Assembly: GCA_963747235.1 (NCBI GenBank) | Contig: CAVVEU010000040.1 | Coordinates: 256,001 to 320,000, forward strand | Direction of reading: 5' to 3' | DNA: 64,000 bases | Source of the DNA: an uncultured Candidatus Rokubacteria bacterium | GTDB taxonomy: Bacteria > Methylomirabilota > Methylomirabilia > Rokubacteriales > CSP1-6 | Part shown: piece after piece, positions 46,322-54,902 of the stretch | Layout: every line of letters begins with the position of its first letter | How positions within the stretch are numbered: position 1 is the first letter of the stretch | The notes under the pieces: model-generated | Databases searched by the model: none | The model's input: only the letters and a program-made list of their open reading frames with translations | Told to the model about the DNA's origin: nothing | Position numbers and translations under genes: made by a program

Positions 46322-47173
46322 CTAGAGGGCGCGACCGATCCGATCGTGGCGGAGGTAGTGGAGTGAGCCGTCCCACGACCAGTAGATGACGAAGACTCGA
46401 CCGACGATCTTGTCCCGCCGGATGACGCCCCAGTATCGGCTATCCTGGGAGTTGCCTCGATTGTCACCCATCACGAAGTACGACCCCACCGGCACCGTGA
46501 CCGGCTCGCATCCGTATGCGAACTCGCACCGGCCGGCGAGCGGCACGCCGGCGCCCTTGAGGTAGGGCTCGGCGAGCAACTCGCCGCCGATGTAGACCTC
46601 ATTGCCGCGGACGAGGAGCTGATCGCCCGGCATGCCAACGATCCGCTTGACGAAGTCCCGCCGCTCATCCTGCGGGTACTTGAAGACGATGATGTCTCCG
46701 CGCCGGGGCGCCCCGCCGCGATAGACGGAGTTGTCGGTCAGCACGTAGTCACCGATGAGCAGGGTCGGCTCCATCCCCGCGGACGGAATCGTGAACCCCT
46801 GCGCGCCGTGGGCGCGGTAGTACGCTCGGAGCGGCGCGTCGATCGCCCAGCCGCCGACCAGGATCGCCACCCACGCGACGAGCACAACCTTCCACGACAT
46901 CCGGCCGGCGGGCATCAGCCCTGTGTCCATCACGCAGACCAGGCGTGTCACGATCCCGAACGCGACGATCCCCACGAGGGTCCAGAAACTGACCGGGAGG
47001 AGAACCAGGAGGCCCAGACCAATAACTGGCGCACCAACCGCCCAGGCCACGCCGCGCCGATTGCGGCCCAGCAGGAAGTGTCCGGATCCCGGCGAGACGA
47101 GCGACAAGACACACGCGACTACACGCCGCGTGCGCTCGAAACGCTGCCCCTTGATCTCTTCCCGTGAACCCAT
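46322..47173 (-). CDS. Signal peptidase I homologue with N-terminal membrane extension
   Basis: IPSAGMEPTL, FVKRIVG, GDNRGNSQDSR. Confidence 0.88.
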   Translation of the reverse strand: MGSREEIKGQRFERTRRVVACVLSLVSPGSGHFLLGRNRRGVAWAVGAPVIGLGLLVLLPVSFWTLVGIVAFGIVTRLVCVMDTGLMPAGRMSWKVVLVAWVAILVGGWAIDAPLRAYYRAHGAQGFTIPSAGMEPTLLIGDYVLTDNSVYRGGAPRRGDIIVFKYPQDERRDFVKRIVGMPGDQLLVRGNEVYIGGELLAEPYLKGAGVPLAGRCEFAYGCEPVTVPVGSYFVMGDNRGNSQDSRYWGVIRRDKIVGRVFVIYWSWDGSLHYLRHDRIGRAL

Positions 47174-47276
47174 CGTCCTCCTTCCCGGCGGGACGCTCTT
47201 CAGGCAACGCTAGTCGTCGCATCCTTACTTTGTCCAGGCTCGCGTGCCCTTACACGGTGGTCACCACCAGGCGCGC

Positions 47277-47372
47277 CTACCTGGTCGTGAAGAAGTAGTA
47301 GTCCGCCGTGTAGTTGATGCGGGCCGAGGTCCCGGCGGTGGCCTCGGAGCAGCCCGTCGTGGGCACGACGCT
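47277..47372 (-). pseudogene. 3' remnant of a DUF3455-like gene
   Basis: Reads VVPTTGCSEATAGTSARINYTADYYFFTTR*, resembling the DUF3455 C-terminus; no start codon or upstream body. Confidence 0.6.
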
Positions 47373-47422
47373 CTGATCTACCTCTTCCGCGTCTTCAAAC
47401 CGCGCTAGGGCAGCTTCAGGTG

Positions 47423-50400
47423 TCATCTGAGGGCCTCGATTTCCACCGCCGTCTGCTCCAGCCAGAACTGCATATCCATCTCGCGGTAGCTCGCCGTCGC
47501 CATGGTGAGGTACTCGCGGGCCTGCGCGAGCCTGTCGGTACGCCGATAGAGCTTGCCGAGGCCGAGGTGGCAGTGGGCGACGAGCGGGCGCATGCCGCGC
47601 GGCTCGGCGAGCGCCAGGGCCTCGCGATAGTAACCCTCGCCACGGTCGGCGTCGAAGCAGTCGGAATGGGTCGCGATCTCGCCGAGCAGATGTATTGCAT
47701 GGGCAACGGTGCCACGGCGAAACGAAGTGTCTCTGACCGCGCGTTCGCTCAGACTCCGCGCCTCGTCGAGCCGGCCGAGCAGGAAAGCCGCCTGTCCCAG
47801 CGACATGAGACCTCCGACGCCACGCGCCGGCGAACGTTCGAGGAGCTGCTCGCCCTCGCGGAGTTGGGTCAGCGCCTCGGCGGACTCGCCGAGCTGGGCC
47901 AAGATCCAGGCGGACGAAGCGATGGCGGCCGGGAGGTTGAGCACGACGTTTCCCGCTCGAACCACGGCAATCCCACGCTCGACCAGTGAGTTCGCCTTCG
48001 CCCAGTCACCTTTGTGGAGGTCGATCCAGCTCGCGCAGAAGTAGGCTTCGGCGATGGTGAACGGGCGCTGCGTTGGCTCCGCGAGCCGGAGCACGTCCGC
48101 CGCATAGTGGGTGGCTTCCGCGAATCGGCCGAGTTCGGCGAGGCTGTACACGAGCCACAGGCGATTGTAGGCCGGGATCGGCATGCTGATGCTTCCCGGC
48201 TCGTCGACCCAGTCGGCGGGCAACGCCGCGAGGTTATCGGTGGCCAGCTCGACCGCCCGGGCGAAGTCGCCCCGATAGAAGTGGGTCTGCGCGAGATAGG
48301 TCGTGGCCCATATCTGGATTCGCAGGTCCCCGGAACGTACCGCAATCTCCAGCGCGCGGGCGCCAGCCACCAGCGCCTCGTCCAGCTCGCCGAGCAGGGC
48401 GAGGACGTTCACCATGAACAGGCGGACACGCCCCCGCCTGCGGTCGTCGTCCAGGCGCTCGGCGAGGACCTCCGCCTCGCGTAGCCGCTCGAGCACCTGC
48501 CGCACACTACCGAGCAGGTTCAGCACCCGTCGAAGCTCGAGGCGGACATCGAACCCCTGCTCCAGTGTGGACGAGCTTTCCGGCAACCTGTCGAGTACGG
48601 CCAGGGCCTGCTCGAAGCAGACCCTGGCTTCCTGGAGCGCCGACCGTTCGGCCGCCTTGAGTCCAGCCCGCCTGAGATACGGGACCGCCATCTCCCATGC
48701 CTCGGCGCAGAGCGCGTGATGGGCGAGCCGCTCGATGTGCTCCCCGAGACGATCTCGGTAGAGGCGTTCCATGGTCTCCGCGATCCGAGCGTGGAGGCTG
48801 CGCCGCCGATCGGCAAGGAGGCTCCCATAGGCCATCTCGTGGGTCAGCGCGTGCTTGAAGCTGTAGGCGAGATCGGGGAAGAGAGACGCCTCATGGACGA
48901 ACTCGGCCGCTTGAAGATGAGCCAGCCCACGACGGAGCGTCTCCTCGCTCTCGTCCGCGACAGCCTGCAGGAGGGTGAGGGGGAAGTCCCTCCCGATCAC
49001 CGCGGCAATCTCGAGGAGCCGCTTCTCCCCGGCCGGCAGGCGGTCGATACGCGCGGTCAAGATGGCCTGCACCGTGCCGGGCACCTGGATTGCGGGCAGG
49101 TCGTGCGCCAGCTGGTACTTGCCGCGCTCGCCCGTCAAGGCACCCGTCTCGGCCAATGCCCGGACGCTCTCCTCGACGAAGAGCGGATTGCCCTCCGTGC
49201 GCTCGATCAGGAGCTGCTTGAGCGGACCCAGCCCGGGGGCGGTCCCGAGGAGCACCTCGAGCAGCACTTCGGCACTCGGCCGTGGCAGCGGGTCGATCCG
49301 GAGCTGGGTGTAGGAGGTCTGGCCGGGCCCGCCATGCGAATACTCGGGCCGATGGCTGACGAGCAGCAGGAGTCGCGCACCCGGGAGGCTCTCGAACAGG
49401 GTCTCGAGCAGCGCCTGCGTCGCGCCGTCGATCCACTGCAGGTCCTCGAACACGAGCGCCAGCGGCTGCACCTGGCTCTCCCGCAGCAGCAGGCGCTTGA
49501 GAGCATCCAGGGTCCGCCGCCGGCGCCCGCCGGGGTCGAGCGCGTGCCATTCCGGGTCGTCCACCGGGACGTCGAGCAGGGTGAGGAACGCCGGCAGCGC
49601 GACCTCGAACGCCGGGTCCAGGGCGAGGATCTTGCCGGTAACCTTCTCGCGGATCGCGCGCGGGTCATCGCGCTCGCCGATCCCGCAGTAACCCTTGAGC
49701 AGGTCGATCACGGGGAGATAGGGCGTGGTCTTGCCGTAGGGGACGGCGCCCGCTTCCAGCACGAGCCAGCCGGCGACGTGCACCGAGTGGGTGAACTCCC
49801 ACAGAAGGCGTGACTTGCCCACCCCGGGCTCCCCGACGACGGCCACCGCCTGGCCATGCCCGTGCGCCGCGGCAGCCAAGCGGCCCCGCAAGACCTCGAG
49901 CTCGTCATGACGTCCGACGAACTGCGTCATCGCGCCCCACAGCCCCAACCCTCCGCGTTCCTGCCCCGTGAGGCGATAGATCTGGTCCGCGCTCCCGGCT
50001 CCGCCGCCGATCGGGACGAGCTCGAACCGGCGCTCCAGGAAGGGCGCGGCGCCTGCACTCGCCACCGTCTCGTCCGTCCCGGCGGTCCTCAGGAGCTGAT
50101 CGAGGAGCGGCCCCTGCGCGCGCTGCGCATCCGCGTCGATGTCGAGACCGCTCGCCGAGCGGGCAACGAGAACTTGAGCCACGTGTATGCCGATCTTGAC
50201 CCCGGGCAGCCCGCTCTTGTCCCCGTGGGCGCGCCCGGCGGTCTTGTGAATGACGATCGCGGTGTGTGCAGCGCGCCGCGGCGCATCCTCGACCGGATCG
50301 ACCCCGAACGAGGCCACGACCCTGGTCGGGGTCAGCTCTTCGACGCGGCCGCCGAACGTCTGCAGCTTGTCGATCACGACCTCGAGCGCCCGGCTCGTGT

Positions 50401-51511
50401 GCGTCCTCGCGTCGCCCCCGTCCGGCTCCCCGAGGGCGGCGCAGAGGAGCGTGATCCGCCGGCGTTCCCACTGAATCTGCGTGCCCGTGGGCGCCGGGGC
50501 CATGGCGGACGCGGGCCGAGCGCGGCGGTGGGGATGACCGCGATGGCCACGCACGCCGTACTTCTCGAGGCGCGCGTAGAGCGTGTTGCGCGCGATACCC
50601 AGCCGGGCCGCGGCGTGCGAGATGTTCCCCGCACTCTGCTCCAGCACACCCGCGAGATACTGGCGCATCACCGCTTCGGGCGTGACGGCGCCGGCGCTCG
50701 CGCCGACCGCGGGAGCCGCTGGGTGGGTCGCTTCCGCGGACAGCGGCTCCAGCATCGCTCCGGTGACCACGGGAGAATCGGCGAAGAGCGCCGCGCGCTC
50801 CATCACGTTGGCGAGCTCGCGGATATTCCCGGGCCAGCGATAGGCGAGCAGGCGGGCCAGCGCCTGCTCGCCCAGGGTCTTCGGCGGCAGCCCATGGTCG
50901 GCGCAGGCGCGGGCGAGGAACCGCTGGGCGAGGAGGAGCACGTCGCGCCCCCGTTCCCGCAGCGCGGGCATGTCGAGCGTGATCACCGCCAGCCGGTGAT
51001 AGAGGTCCTCCCGGAAGCGCCGCGCGCGAAGAGCCGCCCGCAGGTCGGTGTTCGTGGCACTGATGAAGCAGACGTCGACCGCCTCCGGCCGGGTGCTGCC
51101 GAGGCGGCGGACGACACGCTCCTCGATGACGGTGAGGAGCTTGGCCTGGGCCGATTCGGGCAAGAGGCCGACCTCGTCGAGGAAGAGCGTGCCCCGGTGC
51201 GCAGTCTGAAGGAGGCCGGGCTTGGCGCGGCGGGCGTCCGTGAAGGCGCCCTGCTCGAAGCCGAACAGCTCCGCTTCGAGGAGCGTCTCCGGCATCGCCG
51301 GGCAGTTGATGTCCACGAACCGGCCGTCCTTCCGTGGCCCCATGCGATGCACGAGCCGGGCGACGAGTCCCTTGCCGGTGCCGGTCTCCCCCTGTAGGAG
51401 GATCGCGGGCAGGCGGCCCCCGGCCGGCGGGTGCTTCAGGAGCTGGCGCAGCTTCTCCCGGACGGCGTTGATAGCCGGGCTCTCACCGAGCAACTCAGCC
51501 AGCCCTTCCAT
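47423..51511 (-). CDS. sigma54 activator AAA+ + Fis-HTH + degenerate class III cyclase + STAND NTPase + TPR fusion (1362 aa)
   Basis: GETGTGK, ELFGFEQGAFTDA, LFLDEVG, RFREDLYHRL, WPGNIREL, HTH LGIARNTLY; FVGR..GEPGVGKS, FEDLQWID, GNPLFVEE; helical repeats. Confidence 0.9.
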   Translation of the reverse strand: MEGLAELLGESPAINAVREKLRQLLKHPPAGGRLPAILLQGETGTGKGLVARLVHRMGPRKDGRFVDINCPAMPETLLEAELFGFEQGAFTDARRAKPGLLQTAHRGTLFLDEVGLLPESAQAKLLTVIEERVVRRLGSTRPEAVDVCFISATNTDLRAALRARRFREDLYHRLAVITLDMPALRERGRDVLLLAQRFLARACADHGLPPKTLGEQALARLLAYRWPGNIRELANVMERAALFADSPVVTGAMLEPLSAEATHPAAPAVGASAGAVTPEAVMRQYLAGVLEQSAGNISHAAARLGIARNTLYARLEKYGVRGHRGHPHRRARPASAMAPAPTGTQIQWERRRITLLCAALGEPDGGDARTHTSRALEVVIDKLQTFGGRVEELTPTRVVASFGVDPVEDAPRRAAHTAIVIHKTAGRAHGDKSGLPGVKIGIHVAQVLVARSASGLDIDADAQRAQGPLLDQLLRTAGTDETVASAGAAPFLERRFELVPIGGGAGSADQIYRLTGQERGGLGLWGAMTQFVGRHDELEVLRGRLAAAAHGHGQAVAVVGEPGVGKSRLLWEFTHSVHVAGWLVLEAGAVPYGKTTPYLPVIDLLKGYCGIGERDDPRAIREKVTGKILALDPAFEVALPAFLTLLDVPVDDPEWHALDPGGRRRRTLDALKRLLLRESQVQPLALVFEDLQWIDGATQALLETLFESLPGARLLLLVSHRPEYSHGGPGQTSYTQLRIDPLPRPSAEVLLEVLLGTAPGLGPLKQLLIERTEGNPLFVEESVRALAETGALTGERGKYQLAHDLPAIQVPGTVQAILTARIDRLPAGEKRLLEIAAVIGRDFPLTLLQAVADESEETLRRGLAHLQAAEFVHEASLFPDLAYSFKHALTHEMAYGSLLADRRRSLHARIAETMERLYRDRLGEHIERLAHHALCAEAWEMAVPYLRRAGLKAAERSALQEARVCFEQALAVLDRLPESSSTLEQGFDVRLELRRVLNLLGSVRQVLERLREAEVLAERLDDDRRRGRVRLFMVNVLALLGELDEALVAGARALEIAVRSGDLRIQIWATTYLAQTHFYRGDFARAVELATDNLAALPADWVDEPGSISMPIPAYNRLWLVYSLAELGRFAEATHYAADVLRLAEPTQRPFTIAEAYFCASWIDLHKGDWAKANSLVERGIAVVRAGNVVLNLPAAIASSAWILAQLGESAEALTQLREGEQLLERSPARGVGGLMSLGQAAFLLGRLDEARSLSERAVRDTSFRRGTVAHAIHLLGEIATHSDCFDADRGEGYYREALALAEPRGMRPLVAHCHLGLGKLYRRTDRLAQAREYLTMATASYREMDMQFWLEQTAVEIEALR

Positions 51512-51539
51512 GGCCGGCTAGCCTACTCGCCTGCTCAAG

Positions 51540-51574
51540 TCACTGCTCAGATTTCCGAACACTCTGAGCAGTGA
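51540..51574. promoter_or_regulatory. 12-bp perfect inverted repeat, putative upstream activator site/operator
   Basis: TCACTGCTCAGA-N11-TCTGAGCAGTGA; extra half-site CTGCTCA at 51531. Confidence 0.65.
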
Positions 51575-51643
51575 TCGGCCGCGCTGCCGCCGGCCGCGCG
51601 CCGCAAGTCCTCGGAATGCCTCGAACCAGGGCGGTCCACGAGA

Positions 51644-51659
51644 TGGAACGCTTTGCGCA
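51644..51659 (+). promoter_or_regulatory. Candidate sigma54 promoter
   Basis: TGGAACGCTTTGCGCA = GG-N10-GC; lacks TT before GC. Confidence 0.45.
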
Positions 51660-51744
51660 TCCTTGGATACCGGAGGGCAGGTGCGCGGAGTGTCCGCAGG
51701 CGGTCCTTCTCGAACCAATCACTTCGATCCAAAGGAGGAAACAG

Positions 51745-52182
51745 ATGCGCTCAGTCAGAAGTCTCCTGGTGGTGACCGGCACCATGTTGGCGCTCGCGAT
51801 CCTCACCCCATCGCGGCCCTCTGCCGCCGACGGACCCGTTACCATCGTCATAGACAAGGAATGCTCTGAATTCACCGGCAACGTCCCCAGCTTTTGCACG
51901 ATCACCGGATCGACCTTCTCCGCGATCCCTGCGGGAACCAAGGTCCTCTACTGGGGGCCGCTGATCAGCGACCCCGACTACACTAGCAGCGTGGTCGTCA
52001 TCAACGCCGGGCGCGGCAACAGAGCGACCGGTTACTGCAGCCTCCTGGGCGATGTCGGAGCGTGCTCATTCTGGGAGGGGAGCGGGACCTTGCGGGGGTT
52101 TCATGCAGCCTTCCAGGTCACGCATCCCGGCGGACCAAACTTCATCTGGACCGGGACGTACCGCTTGGACCATCAGCGCTGA
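51745..52182 (+). CDS. Small secreted beta-rich protein with four Cys
   Basis: AAGGAGG RBS; signal peptide; KECS..FCTI and GYC..GAC; Gly-rich strands. Confidence 0.8.
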   Translation: MRSVRSLLVVTGTMLALAILTPSRPSAADGPVTIVIDKECSEFTGNVPSFCTITGSTFSAIPAGTKVLYWGPLISDPDYTSSVVVINAGRGNRATGYCSLLGDVGACSFWEGSGTLRGFHAAFQVTHPGGPNFIWTGTYRLDHQR

Positions 52183-52251
52183 GCTGAAGCGGCCAGCGGC
52201 AGCGGATCGCCCGTTACCGCCCGGCAGGCCTGTTCCGGTACGGCTCGAGAG

Positions 52252-52278
52252 GGAGCCGGGGACGTGATCCCCGGCTCC
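52252..52278 (+). terminator. Hairpin (probable terminator)
   Basis: GGAGCCGGGGA cgtga TCCCCGGCTCC followed by TT. Confidence 0.5.
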
Positions 52279-52634
52279 TTCGCGCCCGCCGATGGAGGCG
52301 TCTTCACGCGTCGGCGCGGCACCACCAGCGCGGCACGAATCAGGCCGGCCACCCGGGCCCGCGCGTCCTCTAGGTTTCGCCCCTGGTTGCGCGTGACCTG
52401 GCTGACGACGACCAGGTGTCCGTCGGCGTCGAGCCGGTTCTGCGCCAACCGGTAGAGCCGCGCCCGTGCGTCGTCTGGCAGACCCTCGATCGCGGGAAGG
52501 TCCACGCGCAGATCGATCTTGATCGAGACCTTGTTGACGTTCTGGCCGCCCGGCCCCGAGGCCCGCGCCGCGTGCACGTGGAGCGCGGAGGCCGGCACGC
52601 GGACGTCCGCGGTCACGACGATCGGGTCGGCCAT
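52278..52634 (-). pseudogene. arfB: Truncated duplicate of arfB lacking the basic C-terminal tail
   Basis: MADPIVVTADV...SGPGGQNVNKV... matches 54471-54902 up to SAGAK, then diverges. Confidence 0.8.
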
Positions 52635-52952
52635 GGCGCGGGCCCGGTGGGAAGCTCGGCGTGGAGCGCGGTGACGAACTCGTCGGGCCGCCTCGGCGAG
52701 AGCACGACGAGCCCGCCGCGGGTGGGCAGGTACACTAGGTCGTCGGTATTGGTGATCGCGAGGTAGTGCCAGCCGGTGCGCGGATTCCAGCGCGGCCCGT
52801 GGGAGCAGAAGAGGTCGTTGACGCCGGCGGCGCGCAGGCCGCCGATCGCGCGCGGCTCGCGATCGCAGCCCGTGATGCACTCGTAGGGGATGAGCTTGCG
52901 CGCCCAGCGGCGCTCGAGCCGCAGGCCGCCCTCCTCGAGGGTGTAGCCGCTC
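52613..52952 (-). pseudogene. 5'-truncated duplicate of the PH-like membrane protein gene
   Basis: SGYTLEEGGLRLERRW...PWPTRSS* matches 54881-55222; N-terminal TM part absent. Confidence 0.8.
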
Positions 52953-52991
52953 TCGTCGCGAAGCCTCGCCAATAGGCCGCCCTTCCCCCGA

Positions 52992-53023
52992 TGGCCCTCT
53001 CCCCTGCGACGGGGAGAGGGCCA
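52992..53023. repeat. REP-like hairpin (CCCTCTCCC family)
   Basis: tggccctctcccc tgcgac ggggagagggcca. Confidence 0.8.
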
Positions 53024-53119
53024 GATGAGCCGGACCGGCCCTCGAGCGCTTCCGGCCACTCCGTCCGCAAGAAACCGCGAGTGCCAGCGTCGTCCTGGCG
53101 GTCTACCATAGACCTCGCC

Positions 53120-53170
53120 ATGACCGACCTCCTCGCCGCCCGCTCGCAGATGGCGATGCCGCTCGGCTTC
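53120..53170 (+). pseudogene. cydA: 5' remnant of cytochrome bd oxidase subunit I
   Basis: MTDLLAARSQMAMPLGF resembles the CydA N-terminus (..LLAARxQMAxSLGFH); similarity stops abruptly. Confidence 0.55.
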
Positions 53171-53220
53171 CTCGGTGGCTGGGCGCCCGCCCAGTACCCC
53201 AAGCAGTCCCCGGCCCGGCC

Positions 53221-54069
53221 GTGAGCCTCACCGTCTTCTCGCTCGCGGTCCTCTTCACGTCGGTCGGGGCGGGCGCGGTCGGCTCCATCCTGGGCCTGGG
53301 CGGCGGCATCCTGCTGATCCCGATCCTCACGATCTTCTACGGGGTGGATCTCCACTACGCGATGGGGGCCAGCATCATCTCGGTGATCGCCACGTCGAGC
53401 GGCGCGGCCGCCTCGTACCTGCGCACCGGGCTCAGCAACCTGCGCGTCGGCCTCTTCCTGGTCATGGCCACCATCAGCGGCGCGCTGGTGGGCGCGCTCC
53501 TGGCCGGGGTGGTGCCGGTGCGCGCGCTCGAGCTGATCCTGGGCCTGGCGCTCTCCTACTCCGCGTTCACCACCATCCGGCAGCTCCACGACGAGCTGCC
53601 GGAACACCTTTCCGAAGATCGCCTCGCGCTCCGCTTCGGCCTCGAAGGCCGCTACCACGACCTCCGGCTGGAGCACGAGGTGGCTTATCGAGCCCAGCGG
53701 GTGGCCCCGGGCTTCGTGGCCATGTTCGGGGCGGGCCTGCTTTCGGGCATGCTGGGCATCGGCAGCGGCGCGTTCAAGGTGCTCGCCATGGACTACCTCA
53801 TGCGGCTCCCGATGAAGGTCTCGACCGCGACCAGCAACTTCATGATCGGCCTCACCGCCTCGGCCAGCGCCGGCATCTACTGGAGCCGCGGCGACATCAA
53901 CGTGCTGATCGTCGCGCCGGTGGCCATGGGCGTGCTGGCCGGGGCGTACCTGGGGACGATGCTGATGGCGCGGATGCGCAACACCACCGTGCGGAAGCTG
54001 TTCCTGCCCATCGTGGTGTACCTGGCGCTTTCGATGATCCTGCGTGGCCTGGGCATCCACCTGTTATGA
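53221..54069 (+). CDS. Sulfite exporter TauE/SafE family
   Basis: LGLGGG, GIGSGAFKV, STATSNFMIG. Confidence 0.9.
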   Translation: MSLTVFSLAVLFTSVGAGAVGSILGLGGGILLIPILTIFYGVDLHYAMGASIISVIATSSGAAASYLRTGLSNLRVGLFLVMATISGALVGALLAGVVPVRALELILGLALSYSAFTTIRQLHDELPEHLSEDRLALRFGLEGRYHDLRLEHEVAYRAQRVAPGFVAMFGAGLLSGMLGIGSGAFKVLAMDYLMRLPMKVSTATSNFMIGLTASASAGIYWSRGDINVLIVAPVAMGVLAGAYLGTMLMARMRNTTVRKLFLPIVVYLALSMILRGLGIHLL

Positions 54070-54458
54070 GCGTGCGGTCCGTCGAGTACCTCGTCGCGCG
54101 CACGCTCCTGGCGGGCGGGCTCATCGGCATCGCGCTGATCCTCGCCGGAGGCGCGCTCTACGCGCTCCACGGAGGCTTTCACCACCACGCGGTCCACCTG
54201 ACCCGGCCGGGCGACGGCAGGGCGCCGGGCGTCTTCACCTCTGTGCGCCAGGTGGTTGATGGGCTCCGCGGGCGGCCCATGGATGCCCTCGCGGTGACCG
54301 CGCTCGGGCTCGTCGCGCTGATGGCCACGCCGATCGTCGCGGTCGCGCTGGCGATCCCGGCCTTCCTGCGTGCGGGCGACCGGCGCTATGCCGCGATCGC
54401 CGCGATCGTGCTCGCGATGCTCGTGGTGAGCCTGGCCGTGGCGGGCGGCATTCACTAG
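54066..54458 (+). CDS. DUF1634 family membrane protein
   Basis: Four hydrophobic segments, LMATP motif; usual TauE partner; ATGA overlap. Confidence 0.75.
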   Translation: MSVRSVEYLVARTLLAGGLIGIALILAGGALYALHGGFHHHAVHLTRPGDGRAPGVFTSVRQVVDGLRGRPMDALAVTALGLVALMATPIVAVALAIPAFLRAGDRRYAAIAAIVLAMLVVSLAVAGGIH

Positions 54459-54470
54459 CGCCGGGCGGGC

Positions 54471-54902
54471 TCAGTCCCCCTCGCCCGGCCGCGCCCGCCA
54501 GCGCTTCACGTTCGCCCGCCGCTTCTTGCCCGCCAGCCGCCGCCCTTTCGCGCCCGCGGAGGGCCGCGTCTTCACGCGCCGGCGCGGCACCACGAGTGCG
54601 GCGCGGATCAGCTCGGCCACGCGGGCGCGCGCGTCCTCCAGGTTGCGCGCCTGGTTGCGCGTCACCTGGCTGACGACCATCAGGCGCCCTTCCGCGTCGA
54701 GCCGGTTCTGGGCGAGGCGAAGCAGGCGCGCCCGCGCGTCGTCGGGCAGCCCCTCGATCGCGGGCAGGTCCACGCGCAGGTCGATCTTGGTCGAGACCTT
54801 GTTCACGTTCTGGCCACCCGGCCCCGACGCCCGCGCCGCGTGCACGGTCAGCGCGGAGGCCGGCACGCGCACGTCCGCGGTCACGACGATCGCGTCGGCC
54901 AT
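54471..54902 (-). CDS. arfB: Ribosome rescue peptidyl-tRNA hydrolase ArfB
   Basis: SGPGGQNVNKV, RNQARN, basic tail RRLAGKKRR. Confidence 0.92.
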   Translation of the reverse strand: MADAIVVTADVRVPASALTVHAARASGPGGQNVNKVSTKIDLRVDLPAIEGLPDDARARLLRLAQNRLDAEGRLMVVSQVTRNQARNLEDARARVAELIRAALVVPRRRVKTRPSAGAKGRRLAGKKRRANVKRWRARPGEGD

